DNA of 64,000 nucleotides from Chara braunii (Eukaryota; Plantae; Charophyceae): positions 8,637,554 through 8,701,553 of the forward strand of contig BFEA01000003.1 in the NCBI GenBank assembly GCA_003427395.1, in the 5' to 3' direction. The notes under the pieces were generated by a model. That model did not search any database. It had not been told where the DNA came from and saw only the letters and a program-made list of their open reading frames with translations. The translations under genes and the position numbers were made by a program. The first letter of the stretch is position 1. Each line of letters begins with the position of its first letter. Positions 1 through 12,200 of this stretch are shown piece by piece.

Positions 1-919
1 TTTTTTTTTTTTTTTTTTTTTTTTTTTTGCCGCTTGTACGGACGAACCGAGACAACATGATCGAGATATAGAAAAGTTACTGTCTCCAAACTATCTGCAA
101 GTGGAAACGCAGCAGCCGCATCAATCCACTCAGAATGATCCAGATATAGAAAACTATCTGAACTATCTGAAAGTGGAAACGAAGCAGCCGCGTCAAGCCA
201 CTCACCCCGATGGACGCTTGAAGCGTGACCTGCACACAGATCAAATAGATGGCTCCCTGCCTCACCGGGTTATGACGGTTGGGTCTACAGACTGAGTGAG
301 GAGTTGCCTCACAATGGTCTTTCTTTTGCATGGGCATGGGAAAAAGGAAGGGGGGACCCACATAGGTCATCTCGCCCACCAGCAGATTGCAAACCTCCTC
401 AATCTGCGCCACCGCCTCCTCAGCAAACAGGCGGCATGAGAGCAAACACACTCACTCTGGTGGCCAATATTACGAGAGCGGTAGCAGCCGGATCACAGCT
501 ACGGTACCAGGCACACAAAGCTCTTCCGGTGAAGGATCAAGCAGCGCGGACAAACAAAGAATCAGATTTATCATTCAAGACCACCGCATCAGGCAGGGCC
601 ACAGGCAGCTTATCATCACTCCTATCTGTTGACGCAGGCGGTGTTTGTTTTATAAAAAAAACAAAAGAACAAGAAAAAAAAACAATGCAGGGCCACAGGC
701 AGAAAATTCAATGTACTGACCAACTGGAAGAACTGTTGTGTGTTGGCAAATAATAATGACAGGGGGAAGCAGATTTGTGTTGCACTGTCTTGCACAGCAG
801 GGGGGAACAACCTTCAAACAGGAAAACAAAAAAAAGAAAGAATCATCACAATACTACTCATCCAAAGAACAGTCAGCCCCCCCCCAAAAAAAAAAAAACA
901 AAAAAAACAAAACAAAAGG

Positions 920-1450
920 GGAGGTAATGCAGGAACAGGAAACATATGGGGCACGGTCCCACTAGCAACGCGGATCTCTCAGATTCAGTCCAGAACTCAG
1001 TTGTCCGACCTGTTGAAAGAGGTGTTTAGCCCTCAACCAATGGAAATCTTTCCATCGAAAGAGGTTTTCCGTCCTCTACCAATGGAAATCGATCCAATCC
1101 CGGGTGCCCCCCTCCCCCCAGATGTCTCTCCCACGGGTCACAGAGTGGTGGTTAACAGAGACCCAAAATTTCAGCGTAAGTGAAAATTTGGCCGAAAAAC
1201 CTGATTTCAGCAATGAAAACAGTTTACCCCAGTAACCACTGGTGCTGTCACAGGAACAGATGCCACAGAAGGGCAGCAGGCAAAGAGAGCTATAAGACTG
1301 CAGACGGTTGCTGATTGGCTGTTGGAAAGCCCAAAGTTGAAGCATGTGGGCCATAATGACCTCTTCGGGGATGACTTACAGGCAGCTGGTTCCACTGTTG
1401 AAATCCAGTGACGGCCTTTGTAAGGCGCTCTGCTGCAAGGACTGCCAGCA
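920..1450 (+). pseudogene. Fragment of L1/Tx1-type LINE ORF1, same family as 22660-31512 and 38880-45717
   Basis: DLLKEVFSPQPMEI resembles DIFSEVFGPTPMEV (39415) and DPFRKTFGPAPVEL (25315); starts right after an A-rich run. Confidence 0.5.
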
Positions 1451-1499
1451 GGTGCCACATGGCAGCTAATGAATGTGTCACAGACTACTTGCAGTGATA

Positions 1500-1619
1500 G
1501 CAACTACCGTCTTCACCCGAATAGAACGCCCGGTCATTATAGCCGTATCTGGACTCAAAATCGCACCAAATACGGCTATAATGACCGGGCGTTCTATTTG
1601 GGTGAGGACGGTAGGTTGC
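1500..1619. repeat. Long inverted repeat, ~53-bp arms with a 13-nt loop
   Basis: 1500-1552 is the near-perfect reverse complement of 1566-1619. Confidence 0.9.
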
Positions 1620-1829
1620 AGCGACCATAACAGCCTGGAGGACACGCAGTACAGAGTAAACTTACAGACTGTTTCGCAGGCAATCATCCAGCGTTCGGGG
1701 GACACGGGACAGCTGAGCTCGACTGAGACAGCCCTGGTGGCTGTGGCTGACGATTCGGAACTGAGACCCCTTTCTGATGGTCCCATAATGATAAATGAAA
1801 CGTCAGAATCAGAAACAATTCTACGGAGT

Positions 1830-3920
1830 AGATATATCTGAGGACGCATCAGGGAGGCTCTACCACTGTCGGTTGTAGAGGATTTGAGGACAAGTTGCAA
1901 CGGGCTGGTTATGACCCCACTTGACCGTAATCCCGGTGAAGCACTTGTCCTCTGCCCTCGTTTGTATGTTGAAGCAATGATGAACACTTTTGTGCGTAGT
2001 TCGGGTTACATGGTGGTCGATCAACCGGTAGAGCAGGTGTTGAGCACGGTAAAGGAGGATGTTGGTATGATGGGTTTGACTCACTTTGCGAAATGGGAGA
2101 AGACTGGTAGTATCGGATCCTCTTATGTTTTGCCGAAGCATAAAGATTTGGATAGGTAAAAAAAAAAAGAAAAAAAAGGGAAGATTTGGATAGGTATCGC
2201 CCCATTTGTCCAACGATGGTGAAGACAAGTAACGCTGTGTCGAAAGCATTGAATCATATGCTTTTTTGCCTGCCAAAAAATTGGCACTTCAACTTGCCCG
2301 CTGTCTCACTGCTGGCAGACAGACTGAAGTCTATTGATTCGAAGATAGAACGGTTGAATGGTGAGGTGCACATTGCAGCCTTCTTGTACGACATCAAGGA
2401 TATGTTCAGTCCTCTCCCGCACGATTGTATCCTTCAAGCTGTTAATTGGCTGGTCACTGTGTATATCCAGAAAGGAAAGAAGTCTGTGCGCGTAAATATG
2501 CGGGGAAGGGGCACATCTTTTGGCCTCACGACAGGAGGCGACCACTGGAGGAAACTGGACATCAACGATAACAGGGGTTTTGTCCAACTGGAGTTGAAGC
2601 ATACATACAGGCATGCCACTGGTGGGCTGCTGAGGCAGGTCATCGGGATACCAATGGGGAAGAGCACTAGTCCCCCATTAGCATGCATCATGTGTGCCTA
2701 CGCTGAGTTTCGTTTTTCGTCGAGCATTGGGAGAAAGAACTGTCTGGTGCTTGAGCACTAGGCTAGTTGACGGTGCATGTCTATTTGTCGCCCACTCATT
2801 GGGATCTGATATGTCCCTCATTCGGAAGACCTTCGAGCGCTGATATCCAGACAACCTGACATTAAAACGTACAGATGAAGGCAATCACGAGTGGGATTTC
2901 CTGGGCTGTCAAATCAGAGTTCGTCAGTCCTTTCCGTATTTCAGTTGCATCCAGTCATCAAAGAATGAGCATTGCATCTAGTCAGGTGAAGTGTCGGAGT
3001 TTCAAAACGTACAGGCTTTTGCGTCTTGGAGCAGCAAAAGTAAGAAAGTGCAGCAATTGGAAGCCATCTGCACCGAATTGAGCAGAATAGTAGAATACCA
3101 CTATCCGTAGCGAAATCCCAATCCGGGTGCTGACTTTGAAGCGTGAACTGCGTATGAAGGGAGTCCCTGGTGAATTTTTCCTGAGAGTACTAAAGCGTTT
3201 TGCGTTCCGTAGGGATAAGATTCAGGAGGCGACGGTCGAACTGGTTGGATCGGCCCTGTAGAACTAGGGACTGGGACAGGGTGTCCAGAAAACTGGGTTT
3301 GTGTTCATCATGTTTGACTGTAGATTTATACAGGGTCCGTTCCTGGGCGATGTACCATGGGATTGGTGTGGTGTGGAGTGGTTTGGCGTGTCTTGATCCA
3401 TGGTCACATTGTGCGTTAACCCTGTTGAATCTTGTAGCTTTGAGTGGGATGCGTGGGCCCTGAACGGTTCGTAGGACTGTGATGGTAGTGCAGTGGTCTG
3501 TTTTGCAGTTTGGAATTTTGTCTGCTTTGACGAAAGGACCAGGGGACTGCCCCCTGTACCTTTTCGCCTGTTACTTTTTCGAGGCTGGCCCAAGGACCAG
3601 AAGGAGTTGTGTGTGTGCATTGTCCTCTGGTATAAGGGGGGCGATTTTCGAATTACCAAACGCCATCAACCGTGTGTTAAAGTACTTAAGAACTTCTGTC
3701 GAGGTGTTATTCCCCTTTCAGGACCGACGCGTTCTCTGCGGCGGCATTTCCGGAGATGCCGGCATATAAGGGTCACGGAGGAGGGTTAGAGGTGGAAAGG
3801 ATTGTGGGGTAAGGCAGGTGGTAACCCCCTGAGGATGACTGCGCGGCGGCAGTTGAAACGTGCGTCAGGGAGCCGTTTCTGTTTGTACTTCAAGTATATT
3901 TTGAGTAGGTTGACTATGTG
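1830..3920 (+). mobile_element. 5'-truncated Penelope-like retroelement (PLE): RT remnant plus 3' hammerhead region
   Basis: Motifs PLDRNPG, YVLPKHKD-RPI, YDIKDMF, RQVIGIPMGKSTSP, degenerate RLVDG (RYVDD-like) and DFLG; stops and frameshifts; no C-terminal GIY-YIG seen. Confidence 0.8.
3825..3870 (+). ncRNA. Minimal type I hammerhead ribozyme
   Basis: CCCC-CUGAGGA-U-GACUGC(GCGGCG)GCAGUU-GAAAC-GUGC-GUC/AGGG, downstream of a PLE RT. Confidence 0.8.
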
Positions 3921-3927
3921 TTTCGTC

Positions 3928-4068
3928 TTTTTTTTTTTTTTTTTTTTTTTGCAAAAACACCCCCTCCGGTGTTAGTGCTGCTGATAAGAGCAGACACCAC
4001 TACCACCAGGAGGGAGGCTCCATCTATTGGTGGGGAGCATCACCTGCTGGAAAGCAGGTCCAGCGTCC
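3928..4068 (-). mobile_element. Poly(A)-tailed retroposon 3' module, copy 1 (double pseudoknot plus hairpin)
   Basis: Core 4017-4068, hairpin ~3970-4005, T-run 3928-3950. Confidence 0.8.
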
Positions 4069-4374
4069 TGTGTGTGGCTTTCTGTCAACGTGTGACTTGT
4101 GTGCTTCTGCAAAGTTGTACCAATTATCATTACATTATTACATCATCATTACATCAGGATCAGGGAGCACAACTTTTTTTTTTTCTTTTTTTTCAATGAA
4201 TTGTGTCTCAGATGGGGACTGCATAGCGTAAAGGCCACATGGGGGAATAATATGGGAAGCTCAGCAGAGATGGGTCAGTCAGTTAGAGAATCAATCAGGT
4301 CTGTTGGCTCACAATGGCTTCTGGCACGGACTAGATCTGCTGCCTGGTCATGCACAGGGGGGTGGCATGCGGAT

Positions 4375-4625
4375 GGTCACGCCGCCCATACTGCAGGTCA
4401 CTGCCGAAGGGCCATGTCACGAACAAGGGAATCAACAACAGCCATTGGCCTCACAGGTTCCGATAGCAGGAGAAGGCCTGCTGCGTAGTCATGTGCAAGG
4501 GGTGACCTGTGGGGTGGTTGCACCACCCATACTGCAGGTCACTGCTGCAGGAGCATGTTACGAACAAGGTAGCATTCAACAGCCATTGGTCTCGCTGGTC
4601 CCAATAGCAGGACATGGCCAGCTGC
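4375..4625. repeat. Diverged tandem duplication, ~140-bp period
   Basis: CCCATACTGCAGGTCACTGC...ACGAACAAGG...CAGCCATTGG...ATAGCAGGA occurs twice. Confidence 0.75.
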
Positions 4626-4869
4626 GGGCCCGGGGACGGATGTTCAGAGGCAAATGCATGGGTTAGCTGCTGAAAGAAACACCGTAGACAGAGGCAAATG
4701 GAGGGACCCGAGAGAGCATTTGTTCAAACCAATTGGATCATGATGGCACCCCAGCCACTCAGTCAGCAACATTTGGGTCCCCTAAGAATCTGCAGCAAGA
4801 GGAGATTTGTGCTCCGGTATCCATTTTAGATGAATGTGATCAGGTAAGGAGTTCTCGACAAAATAATGG

Positions 4870-6134
4870 TGTGATGACCCGTCCAAACATGGACTGAAAC
4901 ACACGGCTGATTTCTGAGTTTTGCCCATAGACTGAATGCCTTGCTGAGTTTCCCGCCTGCTACTAAGTCTGTGTGTGCACGCTTGCTGGACTGCATGTCT
5001 GTCTGAGTGCTGGATGGCTTGAGTGTGTGTGTGGCCGTGCCTGTCTGAGTGCTGGTTGGCTTGAGTGTGTGTGTGGCCCGCAAGGGCACTTTCTCGTTCA
5101 TTAGGCCCTCAGGGCCGGTACTTACCTGTGGCCGTGACATTGAGGGATTGCAGCAGGAAAAACACTTCAAGTAGCAGGTAGGCCGGTACCGCACCTTGAA
5201 GAGGTAGATGTGCGGGTACTGGAGGCCGAGCAGAAGAAGACAAAAGTAGCATTTTCAGAGGCCCAGTAGTTGTAGGTTAGATCTAGGCGGGTACCACTCC
5301 AACCTGTCTGGGTCTAGGGTCTGTACGGGCAATATCAGAGTCTGCAATGATGTTTCCCTCCGAAAGGGAGGAGGTACCGGTTGCTTGGAACACCGCCCGA
5401 AGAGGCAAGCAGGCCGCTATATCTCCCAGCCGGGGGAAGAGCACGGCCTCATTCTTGGTGTGCAAGTTTGGCGACACACTGGTTGGAGCGCCGGTTGGAG
5501 CAGCGCTATCCGGAGCAGCACTTCTGGGGAAAGGAGAAGGACAAGGAGGAGGAAGAAGGACAGGAAGGGGTAGGAGCGCCAGGGGTACTTACCTGGCTAT
5601 GGTGGCAGCCATCTTCATCACCTTGGTGGGCGCTGCAGCAGGGAGTCCCCAACTGGGGAGAGCTACACCAAGAAGCTTCGAGGCAGAATCGGGCATGGCG
5701 GCCTGAGTTGGAGCAGCCATAGCTACTTTGGGTTGTCCTTTGGGCATCTGGGCAAGGCCTAGTAGTCCGACATAGCCTTGGCCTATGATGATGAAGGGAG
5801 GAAGAGGCCGCCATGGCTATGGTGGACCTCAAGTGATGCCGGCAGTAGAAGAGGAGCTCGGACACTGATTCTGAATCGGCCATTCAACATTGTATTATTA
5901 TTTCTTGTATGAATAAGAGAAGGGGGAGATAAGGAGGAGGAGATTGTTGGGAGAAGAAGAAGAGCCTTGTCATCTGTCTATGCTGGTGTACATCATCTTC
6001 TTCTTCTTTCTTACTTCTTCTTCTTCTTCTTCTAATCCTCTCTCTCCTCTCAAGTTCATTCATTTCTTTCTGCAACTGGACGGCATTGTACTATCTGATG
6101 GATGGGTATCTCGAAATTGGTCAGGATCATAACA
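4870..6134 (+). repeat. 5' LTR of element 1
   Basis: TGTGATGACCC...GATCATAACA; direct repeat of 14103-15387. Confidence 0.95.
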
Positions 6135-6135
6135 T

Positions 6136-6147
6136 TGGTATCGGAGC
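6136..6147 (+). promoter_or_regulatory. Primer binding site (tRNA-iMet type)
   Basis: TGGTATCGGAGC, 1 nt after the LTR. Confidence 0.9.
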
Positions 6148-7464
6148 GGATTCTACTTGCTGGTGAGAGTTGACTTTGCTGCCCTAACCCTAACCTAAGT
6201 GGTTGAGGGCAACACTTAGGGTTAGGGTTGGATGTAAGGGAAGTGGGGCAGCGTGACTAAGGGAAGCTGCCCCCACCTGGTTAGGTCATGTGGGGTCGAC
6301 ATTGAACCTAACCAGGTTGCTTGAGAGTGAGATTAGGGTGGCAAGACATCTCGAGGAGACATCATGCGGCAATTTGAGAGAGGCGACAGTGAGAGGCACT
6401 TGCACCTGGAATCTGATTCAAGGGAGACACTCGGCAACTTAAGGGCTGCCCTCAAGTAGGCGAGCTTGAGGGTCAGCGGCCACTCATCATCTACGGACTG
6501 CAAGTTGCTACTTCGTTCTTCAACATCGACGGGGGATTCGGCATTGCACTTTGGTGTTGGATTCAGACCCTCCTAGGAGATAGGACACTAGTGTAGGGGT
6601 AGCGTTAGAGGGGTCAGGAGGATCACATGAGAGGGGGGTGAGTTCTATTCATCTCGAAGCTCAAGGCCACTCAGGTAAGTGTCGTGCACCTACAGGATGC
6701 CCATGTATGTGTGCATGGTATGGATTGTCCTGCTGGGGTTACTCTGGAGTTCTTTTCCTACTCCTCTGTGGTCTTGGCTGTGTGATTGAATGCATGTGAG
6801 CTACCTACTCACCGGATGGATGGAAAATGAAGTATCTTGATCAGAATGCCGAGTCTTTCTACAGTGCTTTGTCTTTTCATCTCTGAACGGTTGTAGTCTG
6901 TAGGTTCTGCCGGAAGTTGAAATTTCGTTTTTCTGTGCGGTAGAAACTGAACTGAGTCCATGTGGGACTCCTCTTGGTTGGGACCTGGTCGCGGCCTACG
7001 TGAGACCTCTGGGACCTAGTGGGACCGGGCCCAAACAAGAAGAGCCCTTTGGACCCAAATATGTTAGGCATCAGTCCATTGTCTTCCTGACTGAGATACA
7101 AAGTTCATTCTTCTTGGATTAGGACACCCACTGCCAAGGGGATCTCGGCTGAGACGTTTCACATGCTTTTGGTTGCACCGTCCATGGCTTGACTCGCACC
7201 TTGTACACCACTCAATTCTCCATTGTTGCATTTAGTCACTCGTTGTCTGATTTGTTGCACGATCACGGAGCTGGTCAGACTGGACTCGAGAGGACCTCGT
7301 ATGCAGTCTGATCAGGCCGGGTCGCTGGATCAGACCTCTCATGTGAATCTGTTTGCTCTTCTTTGGTTTGCTGCTCTCTAAGTCCGAATGAAATGTCGCT
7401 CTAACTAGGAGTTCTACCTTCACTTCTCTGAGTTTTTCAGTCTGTTTCTCTGAGTTCATTTTCG

Positions 7465-9277
7465 ATGCCCGTGGAGACTCGCAACCAGAAAGAAGAGAGA
7501 GAGAGGAGGGAGAAAGAAAAGGAAGAGAGGGAAAGTGACCATCTGGGGTGGGCAAGGACTGGGAATTTGGGAAACGGAGTGTTCGTCCAAGCGAAAAGGG
7601 GAGTGTACCTCTTGAGAGTCTGATTGATTCTTTTGCTGATTGGCGTCTCTCCGATCCACCTGGCGACGACAACGGTCTGAAAATGGCCCAGCCATGACTA
7701 ATCTCGGTCCAGTGGAAGGCCCTGTTAGATGTAGCCAGCGATGCGGAGAAACCATATCTGCAAGCACTCCTAGATAGTGCAATCAAAAGGGAACAATACA
7801 CGAAGAAGGAGAGGAAGGAATTGATGCTGAAAAGTCAAGAGGCCATCTTGGAAATTGTCCCCTCGCTGACCAAAGAGCAGTGTGGGGAACAACTGCAATC
7901 CATACTCACCGCTATCGTCAAAGTCCGGAGCCTTGAAAATTATACCACTCAGATCGCCGACGTCTTCGCAAAATTGCGGACATTTCAGGAGGATCTGACT
8001 GAGATGACTGACACGTACCGTGACTTGATGGTAGAGGTTGCTACGCTGCGACAAGCCCAAGCGGTCAATCCTCTTCCTCTGCCACTTGATTCCGGAGCTG
8101 CAATTGTAACTAACCTTGCCCCTCTTACCGTATCTTCTTCTACTTCTTCCTGGCAACCCCCTCGGGACCTACAACAGGTGGAGATTCCGTTGTTGTTGTA
8201 ATAAGCAACGGGGCAGGAAATTTTGCAACTGCTACAGCACCAAGATCTGAACCAGCAGGTGCTTGGCCCAGCCACGCCGGTCCCTATGTGGACCGAAAGG
8301 CAGTGCAAATACTGTCTAAGTACGACGACAAAGAGGACATTGAATCCTGGATCAGCCCTATGAGGGCATACTTCGAAGTTTTGGGGACTCAACCCAAGAC
8401 CCAGTCCGTGATCATGGGAATGAATGTCGAGCTGGTTGTGCGGGGCTTCCTAGAAGTCCAAGCTACGCGAGTTGGGGTTCCCAAAATAGAACTAGCAAGG
8501 TGGCTTAAGGCCACCCCGGTTGCCTCCCTCGAGGAACTCCTCATTGCGCACAATACATGGATCCACACGCTGCAACAAGGGCAAGAAGCCAACTTGATAA
8601 AATCAAACACAGCAAGTGGACGGGCTCCATGAAAAGCCTCCAGACTTACCTCAGCAAGATGTTTGCTACACCCGGATTAGAACTGACTGATCAATCTTGC
8701 TTGGATGTGGTCAAAGGCGCGGTTTCCACCAGCTTCACAAATCGCCTAGGCAGGGACTTCATTGGGTACACTGAATGGTTCACTCTGATGAAAGGCATAG
8801 TCAGTCTCGAGGTGATATACCTCGTCTCCACAACAGGCAACAAAAAGCCCATGGGCGGTAGGTGGTTCAAAGGAAGCAGCCATTTTGTTGTGCATGACCT
8901 GCTGGAGGCTGAAGAGGAGGCCGATGCGCTTGACCGCACTCTTGGTGACGACCAAGAACAGGACACTGATACAGCCTGTTCGTCAGCCCATGAGTCTGAT
9001 GCAAACCAAGAAGAAGAAAAAATTACTGCCTTTAAAAAGATTGTCAATGCAAGGGGACCGAATCAGAATGCAGGGAAGAACTATGTCAAACTTCCAAAGG
9101 GAGTCAAAATCCCAGCAAAACCGGAGGATGCGGCTACTAAACCATGGGTCAATCTCCGGATCACTGAAAAATGACTGGCGGGGTAGACTAAAAAACGGGG
9201 TATGCCTGCATTGCCAGAAACCGAACCATAAGGTACGAGATTGTTGTAGGCTTCAGGGAAACCAGACCCGGCCGTAG
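7465..9277 (+). pseudogene. gag: gag of element 1 (disrupted)
   Basis: Probable start MPVETRNQK; capsid-like region; CLHCQKPNHKVRDC zinc knuckle; frameshifts. Confidence 0.8.
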
Positions 9278-12200
9278 AGTCGATTTCAGCACACTCTACA
9301 GCAAGGGAGACTTAATCTGATGCAAATCAGCAGTCCTCCCTTGAAGCCCAGTCATCTGCTGAAGCCAAGGCTGAAGTGTGTAATGTTTTGTATGTCGATC
9401 CTTGGGAGGAGTCTGGGACGGTCGACTTCCACGACCACTTGGAGCATTGGGCTGAGATGAAACAGCGGTGTGCCCAAAGGACGATGAAGTTGATTTTCTT
9501 CAAACTTCTCATAAACCACCGCTATCTCCGTGTCTTGATTGACTGTGGTGCTATGGCTAACTTTATGTCACCTCATGGGATACGCAAAGTGGGCTTGGGA
9601 ATGAAGCAAGTGGCCTTGTAGAACCCTTGCCGAACCCTTGCCGAACCCAAGTTGGCAACAAAGAAGTTGTCTCTTCTACGCATGCAGTCAAAGGTGTGCG
9701 CACTACCTTTGACAAGGACAAAACTGTCACCCACGCGTTGAACTTCTATGTCCTTGACAAGTGCCCCTTCGATGTTGTCCTTGGCTTGGGCTGGCTGCAG
9801 TCCCAATGCGAATGGACCAAGTGGAAGGAGTCACTTTTCATGGTCAAAGATGCTTAAGGGAACAAAGTTCCCGTCCTCTTGGATGAGAAGCACGAGTCCC
9901 CAGTGACTTTTCTGAATGCTATGAAGTTCTGCAAGAAATGGCACAAGCACAAAGAGGACGAACAGTTGTATGTTGCCTTTCTTCGTCCTACCCATGTGCC
10001 ATCTACTTTTGCGGTTAATACCACTACTACTTCAACTAATGATTCTACTTCTAGTACTTCTACTTCTAGCACCTCTAATTCTCTACCTTCTACTAGTCCA
10101 AATAATCCTACTTCAGATTCGGTCACCTCTATTCGCGACCTGCGACCTGATCTAGGTGATCCCTTTGCTGATCCTCCACCCCCACCGGTTCCACCAAACA
10201 TCCAAAACCTACTCGATCGGTTCCCAGAAGTTCTGGCCGAGCCACGTGGAGTCCCCACGCGATCGGTCCGACACACCATCGAGTTGGTCGAGGGCAGGGT
10301 TGTCGAGCCCCGGCCTCGGNNNNNNNNNNNNNNNNNNNNNNNNNNNNNNNNNNNNNNNNNNNNNNNNNNNNNNNNNNNNNNNNNNNNNNNNNNNNNNNNN
10401 NNNNNNNNNNNNNNNNNNNNNNNNNNNNNNNNNNNNNNNNNNNNNNNNNNNNNNNNNNNNNNNNNNNNNNNNNNNNNNNNNNNNNNNNNNNNNNNNNNNN
10501 NNNNNNNNNNNNNNNNNNNNNNNNNNNNNNNNNNNNNNNNNNNNNNNNNNNNNNNNNNNNNNNNNNNNNNNNNNNNNNNNNNNNNNNNNNNNNNNNNNNN
10601 NNNNNNNNNNNNNNNNNNNNNNNNNNNNNNNNNNNNNNNNNNNNNNNNNNNNNNNNNNNNNNNNNNNNNNNNNNNNNNNNNNNNNNNNNNNNNNNNNNNN
10701 NNNNNNNNNNNNNNNNNNNNNNNNNNNNNNNNNNNNNNNNNNNNNNNNNNNNNNNNNNNNNNNNNNNNNNNNNNNNNNNNNNNNNNNNNNNNNNNNNNNN
10801 NNNNNNNNNNNNNNNNNNNNNNNNNNNNNNNNNNNNNNNNNNNNNNNNNNNNNNNNNNNNNNNNNNNNNNNNNNNNNNNNNNNNNNNNNNNNNNNNNNNN
10901 NNNNNNNNNNNNNNNNNNNNNNNNNNNNNNNNNNNNNNNNNNNNNNNNNNNNNNNNNNNNNNNNNNNNNNNNNNNNNNNNNNNNNNNNNNNNNNNNNNNN
11001 NNNNNNNNNNNNNNNNNNNNNNNNNNNNNNNNNNNNNNNNNNNNNNNNNNNNNNNNNNNNNNNNNNNNNNNNNNNNNNNNNNNNNNNNNNNNNNNNNNNN
11101 NNNNNNNNNNNNNNNNNNNNNNNNNNNNNNNNNNNNNNNNNNNNNNNNCCCCGGCTTGGGCCCCGGGGATCCCCGAGTGACAACAATGGTTGAGGGTGTT
11201 GTTCCTCCAAAGGGCTGCGTATACCAAATGGGACCCGGCGAGTTGGAGGAACTCCGGCGACAGATTGACGAAATGTTTGACAAAGGGTAAATCAAGCCTA
11301 GTGAGTCTGAATTTGGTGCTCCTGTTTTGTTTGTTCCGAAGAAAGGAGGCAAGCTCCGCATGTGTATTGACTATCGCGGTCTAAGCCGCATCACAAGAAA
11401 GAACGCCTATCCATTGCCTGACATAAATGACTTGCTTGATGCCGCAGGTGAGTGCAAGGTTTTTTCCAAGATCGATCTCAAGTCTGGCTACCACCAGATT
11501 GAAGTCGATCTTGCGGACCAGCACAAGACTGCGTTCAAAACACGCAATGGGCTTTACGAGTTTACCGTAATGCCTTTCGGTCTCACGAACGCACCGGCAA
11601 CCTTCCAAAGCCTTATGGACAAGGTCCTCCGCGAACAGATTGGCCGGTTCGTGGTGGTATACCTCGATGATATACTAATCTTCAGCAAATTCATGGAGGA
11701 ACACCTCAAGCACCTCGAGGAAATGCTCACTATCCTCAAGAAGACGCAACTTCATCTCAACCTAGGGAAATCTGAGTTTGGGAAGGATAGTGTCATCTAT
11801 CTTGGGCATCGGTTGTTTGCTGCAGGCCTAGAACCTGAGGCAACCAAGGTTGAGGTCATACGCAATTGGCCTCAACCCATGAACGTTCGCGAATTGCGCT
11901 CTTTTCTTGGTCTCGCGTCATACTATCGAAAGTTTGTGCCCCGCTTCTCCATTGTTGCTCATCCATTGTCACGGTTGACAAGTAAAAATGTTCCCTATTC
12001 TTGGGACACCGCTTGCACGAAACGCCTATTGAGCTTTGAAAGAATCCTTGGTAAGTTACCCAGTACTCCGCATTGCATATCCTAAATTGACATTCGTAGT
12101 TACTACAGATGCAAGTCAGTATGGAATCGGCGCAGTGCTGCAGCAAGATGACGGCGATGGCCTACGGCCGCTCGAATATTACAAAACTTATGCCCAGCGA

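Noticed and set aside
4826-6132. Short ORFs in the LTRs as host genes
   Set aside because: They are duplicated in both LTRs with frame-breaking indels and show no recognisable domains.
6182-6228. Interstitial telomere
   Set aside because: Only about two units per strand, forming a hairpin inside a retrotransposon leader.
9854-11361. Long ORFs spanning N-gaps (also at 24266, 31743 and 56630)
   Set aside because: Their length comes from X residues, not from real coding sequence.
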